The notes below the pieces were generated by a model. That model made no database searches and was not told where the DNA came from. It was given only the letters and a program-made list of their open reading frames with translations. DNA of 55,581 bases, filler included, from Sphacelaria rigidula (taxonomy: Eukaryota), in assembly GCA_964200075.2 (NCBI GenBank). It is 4 parts of 4 records of this genome, joined end to end, with 100 filler letters (N's around TTAATTAATTAA, not from the genome) between each part and the next. Parts side by side here need not be neighbours in the genome. Positions count along the whole stretch, not along the records: positions 41,764 to 55,581 come from CAXNAA020002647.1; 3 more parts are not named here. One strand, 5' to 3'. The number at the start of each line of letters is the position of its first letter. Position 1 is the stretch's first letter. This document shows positions 47,930 through 55,581 of this stretch, piece by piece. Both the position numbers and the translations under genes were made by a program.

Positions 47930-50061
47930 TGTGTCTCCGCGTTGATATCGATGTTTGAGATATGCCCCTGGTGCTTCGAGAAACGGATGTGCGGACAGAA
48001 GGAGCAAACGTGTGCCCAGACCGGTACGCACCGCAGAACACAGCGCACTCCCTGCTTAGGCAAGCTGAGATACTGCTGTGCAAATCGAACGCTCCTGTGG
48101 TGAAGCTCTCTACTCACGCAGGAACAGCTAGACAGCTAGCTGTGCTGCTGCGCTGGAGGAGACTGTGTGCCGTCTGCTGCTGCAGAACAACAACAGGACA
48201 GTACAGCAGTACAGTAGCACAACGGTAACCTGGTTACAGTACACTACAACAGGCTGTGTACGGTACGGTAGTGCTCAAGTGTCCTCGGTTCTGAAGATGC
48301 TACTGTTCGTTGCCTTAATTGGATGCGTGGATCTAAGTCTCGGGTGACAGTCTTTCTGAAATGAACAAACAGGCTGACAGCTGCGGGATGCGAGCCTACA
48401 AATGTATTTTTTCATTGGAATTTCAAAAATGAAAATAGCTACCACCCAGCTTGTCATACTCTATACCAAAGTCTGCTGTTGATGTTTTCTATCGTCACAC
48501 ACACTTCGATGGTGTCAACCCGTAGTCAAAGCATAAAGCTCACGATCTAGGAAATGTCATTATCTGATGTTTATACAGCTTTTGAGCTAAATATTAATAT
48601 GAAATTCTGGGAATACGTTCAAAATATTCCATATCATATTCGAAGTATAATTTATGGAGATTAAGGGATTGATTAATCAAAATAAACAAAAAACTGTGAA
48701 AGGAAATAACAAAAGCAAAGTCTACTTTTCGAGAATTGGAAAATGACTTTAGTTTTATTTTCGAAGGTGGCATCGTCATCAAGTGGAGCCCCGGCGTATC
48801 CCTTTGTAAGCCAAGGCTCCCGCAGCGATACCAGCAACACAGGTGAGAACCCCGGCTAGTACCACGTAGCTCCATTTATTCCAACTTATGGTGGTAGATT
48901 TTGATAGCAGAGATTATCCTTCTCGCTTGTTGTGGGAGAGTGTGAATCAATGCGACTTCGGATTTTGAATCGTTCTGCTCGAATCAAGAGCGTTGTCACT
49001 TCATTGCATTGCTCCATAGATGTTGTTCCAAAGCCTGTGGGGTGAAACGGAGGGGTGGGGGTTGGGGGGGCGGGTAGCCAATGAATCGTAGGATAGAACG
49101 GCTGTACGAGACACTGCATCCGAATTTCTTATAATTGTTTTTCTTCGAGTAGGCTTGTTGTTTATCTTTCACTGCGTGTTGTGCCACCTTGAGATTTATT
49201 CCAATCCGCCCGTCCAGGAAACTGCTGACTGTACGAAAATTGTTTTATATTGGGTGGGTGCGCTGTGCGCTGTATGTGGAGGAGGTCACCTGCGTGCGTT
49301 GTAGCCCCGACGGCTTCGTATGGCACCGTCAACCTGTGCACGAAGAAGATGACAGTATGGACGTAGCCTCGCAGCTGGCGTACCACACTGTACGCGTTAA
49401 ATTAATTTTCGGGCCTTGTCTGGTTTCCTTTCACCTCCGGAGACTCGCCTTACGTGGGTTGGCTTATTTTCCGCGTTGGACCGACAAGGGAAAATCGTGT
49501 CGCTGCGCACGTTTCCCTGGGCAACCATTGAAATCCGCGAATGAGAGGAGGTGATCAGGAGGGTAGAACGATATTTCTCCGAAAGCTCAATGTTTGTCAA
49601 CAGCCCAGATCCACGTACAGCATCCTCGTGTTGCTTCCTGTCACAACCGAACGTCCTTTGTCCACAACACATCTTGAGTTTCCATACTGCGCCATACAGT
49701 TCAGCCAAGTTCAGCAGCACTAGCGTACCTGCGACGTACTTGCTATTTCAGAGGGAGGAATTGAAAATACATCACGATATCATACGGGTGTTACTCACCG
49801 CGATTGCCCTGAGCGATCCCTGAATAGTGTCAACAGCACAGATGTAGTTTGTACAGGAGGAATCACCCCACCCTAGTGGATTGTACAGTGATGCACACGC
49901 GCAGGCAAACAGATTTCGCTACCACGCGTTTATATAATCCAGTCGAGGGCATGCTAGCCTGCGGTGTCAGGAATATGTGGTACGGTATGTGCTGTAACCG
50001 GGAAGAATTTTACCTCGAACCTGAAGCTTCCTGTCCCCAGAATGCGGTCTGCCAGGCCCCA

Positions 50062-50370
50062 GTGTGTGTTTGTGTGTGTGTTTGTCGTCATCTCATCTAT
50101 CCTGGACGCCTGTCTACACCTCTCGGTATCCGTGGGCGCATCAGCTGGGGTAACACAGGAAGGTCAACACACAACTTTTTATTTTTGTTCGAGTATTCCA
50201 CTTTATTTCCGAGGTGCTTGCCTCGCTTTTCTGTCGCGAGAAGTGCTCGGCGATCACCCTCCCCCGTCGGCCGTCAAGTCGAACCTTGTGTACCCATGGA
50301 AAAATCACTCTCCACTGTCGGGCATGACGCGAGAAAAAAATTCCACACATTGGACAGCTCATGAGCCACC
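50062..50370 (-). mobile_element. SINE copy with partly deleted head and (CA)n tail
   Basis: Homologous to 5233-5576. Confidence 0.75.
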
Positions 50371-51574
50371 TGAACGAACAAACCGAAGAGGACTCTCAGA
50401 CCCGTTGTCCAAAAATACCAAGTAAGTGACAGGAGGGTCCGAGAAGCCAAAGGGCTACCTTCGCGCCACTCCGCGTGCTCGGTGTCCAGCGCTGTCTGGA
50501 GCAAATATGACAAGAGTGCACGGGTAGGATGAATCATTACGACCACGAATCACCAAATGCACGATTTCTTTGGCCTGATTACCCAAAAGGGAGAAAAAAA
50601 GTTGACCGCTGGTCCAAAAGGTATCCACGCAACTTTTGCGCCATTCCAGGTGTCTGGGCTGCGTGTACCTGGTTTGCAACGCTGAAAACAGAGCCTAGGG
50701 ATTGATTCGTACGATTGGAATCAATTATACTGAAACCAAGTAATTTCCAGACGATTCATTATTTGTCCGACGCTTGGGAGGGTGGCCAAATGAGCTTGCT
50801 CATGATCCGGGTCAGTACACTAGTAACGGATAATATTCAGGTATCTCGTGACGTGTCCGATGGGTGAACAATTCCACGTCGTGTGACTTCACGGAAAGTC
50901 AATCCCACATCCCTCAGCTGTCCGAAGGTTCCCAGGTTACCGACTGAGGTGCGGGGGCGACCGGCGTACGTACGCCTCGTAGCATTTTTTCCTTTTAATT
51001 ACCTTTTCATGGTCTCGGAGCGCTCAACCCTTGGAGCACAGCATTTGCATCTTCATCTGACAAAGCATCCGTCAGCACGGTGGCTTGTGAAACCTTTCGT
51101 CCATGCCATACTATATGCGATGGTGTCACGGTCATACCTCATGAAGGCTCATCACCTACCCAAAATTATATTTGGACACGGCGCTGTCTGCACTCTGTGC
51201 TGCATGTACTGCACCGACTATGATGGCAACGACCGGGCGGGCCCGCATCTACTATTTCTACGTAAGCGTTCCGTCTTATATGATGAATAAACTATGTTCC
51301 GAATCCACCAGAGTAGCTAGGCTTACAAAAGCCGCCTGACACGACAGAACGCTGGAAGGGTTGATTGGCGTCTCTCCGCCCCCGACATCGTGTGCATAGT
51401 TCTTCACACTTGGTTACTTCCCGCCAGTCAAGCACTACCGGTGCCTCGACGATGTAAGGCATGAATGATCTCGTCGACAAATCCTGTAAAGAGAAACGCC
51501 ATCATGTTTTTTAATTTTTTTTATTTGACGTTCACGTACCCTGGGTACTTCGTTTTGCTCATCACCATAGCCCC

Positions 51575-51620
51575 GTTCTAGAAATCCCGCGTTCTAGAAA
51601 TCCCGCGTTCTAGAAATCGC
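51575..51620. repeat. 16-bp tandem repeat x3 (GTTCTAGAAATCCCGC)
   Basis: Direct inspection. Confidence 0.9.
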
Positions 51621-51976
51621 GCGGCTGTGGTGGTCATTAGAAAGCCGTGGCAACAAGGGGAGACCGAATACAACAACAACAAAATGTACGCCCACCAACA
51701 TGAAAAACACGGCGTCGAATAGAACGGGGTTCTACAAAAGACATTGGCGCAATAGAAATATATGTGAGCGCAAACTAGAAAGTTTTGGGAAGAAAACTCA
51801 ACTCACAGATGAACAAAAGAAGCGGATGAGTTGTTTACACGCAAACACCAGATTTGTTTATTATTACTTTTTACCAGGTAGGCCTGGATGGTGGCCAACT
51901 TTTTAGGGTGAAGTATTCTCTGTTCCGAATGCTACGTGATCGGTGTCATGAGTTGAAGAGGTACAAGTCACGCCGT

Positions 51977-52276
51977 GAACAATGTTTTCCCCGAGACTGA
52001 AAGTAGATAATGCCATTGAGAATGACAAGCGGTCAACTAGTGAATGATTTGTTTCGGTTCCAAAACGCCCCGCCTCGAGGCTCGATATGTTTTTCTGTAG
52101 TAGCTCTCCACTAAAGCTCTTGATATCCCCGAGTAGGATATCGTCCTGTGGCTGCAAGCACCCGCCAGTGCTACAGGCAAAGGCAAGCACAACAACAAAA
52201 ATTTGGTCAAGTTGAAGCGAATGATGGAACCCGATTGAGTCAACGCTCTACTATCGATCTCACGAGAACATCGTTC
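51977..52276. mobile_element. Diverged inverted copy of the CAACAACG-TIR MITE
   Basis: Reverse-complement homology to 636-940 (GATATCCCCGAGTAGGATATCG core). Confidence 0.7.
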
Positions 52277-54242
52277 TTGCCGTTCCACAAAAAAAGCCAA
52301 GTGTTACCACATTTGACGGAAGGGAAAATAATTCTTCGTTACACCCTGCTCCCGAGATACTCGCACTTTGGAATGACAAGAGAGCGTTTTGCGAAGATCT
52401 CTAGTATGCGTATGCCTCGGAAGAATGAAGTCAAATAAGAAAAAAACGTCGTTTCATTATACGGGGGCCAGAAGACATCCGGAGCAAAGTAAGAGAGCTA
52501 CATAGATCGGCGTACCGAACAAGTCAGAACGAGGCAAGATAGCGCGAAGCGAGAAAAGCCGCGAGAAGAGGCAAAACATGGTAGGATCCGAGTTCAAGTC
52601 TCAACCACGTGCGTGGAACAAGACAAGAAACGCAATGTCCGTCTTTTTTACCGCTGCTGTGTTCGTGGTGCATCAGTCAAGGGGTCGAAACATGTTTGCC
52701 TCAGGACGCATTTCTCGGATACCTTGAAATCGCTCATGTACCGAGTTCTTATCCAGAAATATTCACGTCTGAGAGCCAAGTACACTTGGTGAGAAATCCG
52801 TAATAGGCATGATGGAACCGAGAGAAATGATCAACGACGGCCTGAGCACTGCTATCTTTGTTTTTTCTTCACACCTTCAATTATCTCCCTCCCTCGGGAC
52901 AAGGCCATAGTCTCAAATGCATCAACCAATCTCTCCCCCTGTACACGCTCCGTCTCGAGACGGGTGCATGGTCAATGGTCAAACGACTAAGGCAAGCAAC
53001 AAATGAATGCGCCCTCTTGTACAAGCCTTACATTTCAGTATCGCGAATTTCATCAGCACTCGCGCACAGCGTCGCTTGTCGTAAGTTCAACTCTGTGTCG
53101 GTACCTTCACGTCCACCACGTGTTCCAGTGGTGGGAAATCAGGCGTTTCTCAGAACAAGACCTTCATGTATCTGCTTTAATTCTGAGCTTTGAATCCTCA
53201 GCCTCGGCAGGTTTTGGATATGTACATTTTGGAGGCGACCTAAATTGTTGGTCGTATATCTACGCTTGATTTTTTCCTCACAAACGGGAAAAAAACGCAA
53301 AAATCATATAACCCCAACCCCAACCCAAGGCGTACGAGACTTTCGGGCAAGGGGGATGCATAGATTTTCCTGAACAAAGTGTGCGTTGGCAGACCTGAAA
53401 TCGACGCCGCAGGCGCCGTTTTCGACGAAATACGCCCTGGACAAGCTGGGTCCAACTGCTGATATGCCCCAAACCATACATTTTCTCAGAACTTTTTCAA
53501 CCCCAAAATCAAGTAATATTAACAACCATGAGTATACGACCAAACCTCCACATCTGCTGCCTTCCGGACCTTGTCTGTAGTCGGCTATCTGTGCACTGGC
53601 TTCACCCCAAAAGAGTTCTGCACACGGAAGAACGCCAGCCCTCCAGGGTATGACTTTTCAAAATACCCAGTGTAGGACATGTCCTACCCAACACAGCCTT
53701 GCGAAGCACCTACGTGAGCATATTTGGCCAAGCAGGACGACGAAAAAAGCTACCATACATGGAACAGATTATGATCCTAATAATAATAGTAATAAAAAAC
53801 ATGGAACAGATCATGATGCGTCTGAAAATTACTCTTTCTCATTTTACTGATCCGGATCATCTGACCATGCTTTTCCATGTTCGTTCCTTACCGCGCCTGA
53901 CGCAGAGCCCGCCGAGTAGCGCACAGGTCGTGCTTTGGTTTTACTGACCCCGCGGTTACGTATTTTTTGTTTCTGGACCAATAGATTCGAGATTCTTCCT
54001 GAATGAATTGTTTCAGACAGATCATGATCTGTCTGACGCGTGAGAGCTACACGCTCAACAACCGTCACAATCTATTTCACTGTGAATATATCACATTATT
54101 ATCGCACTATACATAACATATCACTCGACGTCCACCTTCTCCCCTACGAACCCACCATCCATCAGGTGACGCGCTTGCCAGAGGGAGAGACAGACCTTCC
54201 TTCCCTTCCGCGCGGCACACTCGCACATCGCACGTCACAATC

Positions 54243-54538
54243 ATGGCGGGCACTAAAGATCCCTCCCCCAAAATCGCGAAGCGAAAAGGAGGGGCGAAGG
54301 CCAGGAAGGCGGCCAAGGCCGCCGAGGCGGCAGCTATCGCGGGGCTGGAGGACATCACCTTGACGGAAGGGGGCGGAAAGAAAGGGGGGAAGGGGGAAGG
54401 CCCGTCTGCGCGAACTGCGGCCGGTGTGCTGGCGTCGGAAGCGCGGGCGAGGGATATCAAGATCCAGTCGTTTTCCCTGAGTTTCCACTCGAAGATCCTT
54501 GTGGAGGACTCAACGATCGAGCTCAACTACGGAAGAAG
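54243..54538 (+). CDS. ABCF2: ABC-F family ATPase (ABCF2-like), first exon; rest is outside the scaffold
   Basis: RTAAGVLASEARARDIKIQSFSLSFHSKILVEDSTIELNYGRR, the segment just before Walker A in ABCF2/Arb1-type proteins. Donor AG|GTTTGG. Confidence 0.85.
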
Positions 54539-54916
54539 GTTTGGACACTTTCTGCGATAGTAGCCCCCCCCCCCCCAAACCAAGCCAAACGTGCCACAGA
54601 GAAAACAATCATACAGCGCCTGATGTTTGGGTTCAGGCTTCATTCAACGCATTGTATGAGCGACATTGGCGAGAACGAACCCAAGTGTGGGAATTTCCAG
54701 CTACTCCTTGTGCTCGGCCTTTTCCATTTCAATATGAGTGGAGATTTTACCTCCCCAGACGGGGCACTTTTGGTGAGAATCTATCGTAAATGGTGATTTT
54801 GCTTGTGTTTGTTTCCATCACGTGATGTTCGTAATGAGGAGGTGGTGATGGTTGATTTTGATGCGAGTAAAGTGAAGAATGGTCGATCATTTTCTTCTTG
54901 GAAAAAAACGAGACAT

Positions 54917-55058
54917 GAGCAACGTCACGGTAGGGGTGCACGTTTTTTATCTGGGGCGTTGTTAAAGGAGCTCTCGATGACAAATATCTAGACCTTAGTG
55001 TGCGGCCCCACTCAAGTTTTGGCCGAAAAAGTGCACCCCTACCACCGTGGTATCACTC
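54917..55058. mobile_element. Short Sola-like MITE relative in the ABCF intron
   Basis: GAGCAACGTCACGGTAGGGGTGCAC...GTGCACCCCTACC..GGTATCACTC. TSD not preserved. Confidence 0.65.
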
Positions 55059-55581
55059 GAATCTGGAACGGTACCTTGCTCGGTTTTGAGTGTGAGATGA
55101 CATAAGTGTGTGAGTGTGTGTGTAAGTGTGTGTGTCTTCCGTTGGCACAATGCATTGTTGTTCTTGCTGAGTGTCCGTTCTTTCATGGCTCACGGAGGGC
55201 AAATATGCTCTGATGAGCTACGGGTTGGTAGTTTCCCCGGTGCAAACACGCGTAGCTCGTGCAGCTCTCAAAGACCAGTAGGGAGCTACGCTGAAAATGA
55301 GCTGACTCGAGCTACGGCGAGCTGATCCGTACGACGTGTTCAGGTTACCTGGAATATCGACACCCCGATATAGCCTACTCTGCATCTCATCCTCCCCCAA
55401 CCAACTAGTAGTAGTCTCCAGGCGATCAGGGGCGGGCACGTGCCCTGAGGTATCCTCTTCAACTGAACATTACCGTCCTTCTCCCCCCCCCCCCCCCCCC
55501 CCCCCCCCCCCAGTCCCAACAGAGCGGGCGCACTGGGGCGGAGAGAAGGGGAAACGACACGGAATAAGAGGTGTGTCGAGG

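Noticed and set aside
55218-55245. Second ABCF exon (YGLV...)
   Set aside because: It reads YGLVVSP with no Walker A (GxNGxGKS) and has a poor acceptor.
1-55581. Functional cluster of Sm D2, NLR and ABCF genes
   Set aside because: The genes lie on different concatenated scaffolds.

Overview
Eukaryotic, intron-rich and TE-rich genomic DNA, most likely a brown alga (inferred from the NB-ARC-TPR gene, GT-AG introns and repeat content). The window is not one locus. It is four unrelated, size-sorted scaffolds (13822, 13822, 13819, 13818 bp) joined by artificial 44N-TTAATTAATTAA-44N linkers. Scaffold 1 holds a complete 4-exon Sm D2 gene (minus strand) with a 7 kb TE-filled intron. Scaffold 2 holds MITE clusters and a 3-exon low-complexity orphan gene. 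Scaffold 3 holds the highlight: an NLR-like gene with an MLKL-like/4-helix-bundle N-terminal domain, NB-ARC and about 7 TPRs. Its third intron contains a decayed full-length Ty1/copia element that itself carries nested MITEs. Scaffold 4 holds a decayed LINE RT fragment, a possible bZIP-like first exon and the first exon of an ABCF gene. Several non-autonomous DNA transposon families can be defined directly from their TIRs and target-site duplications.
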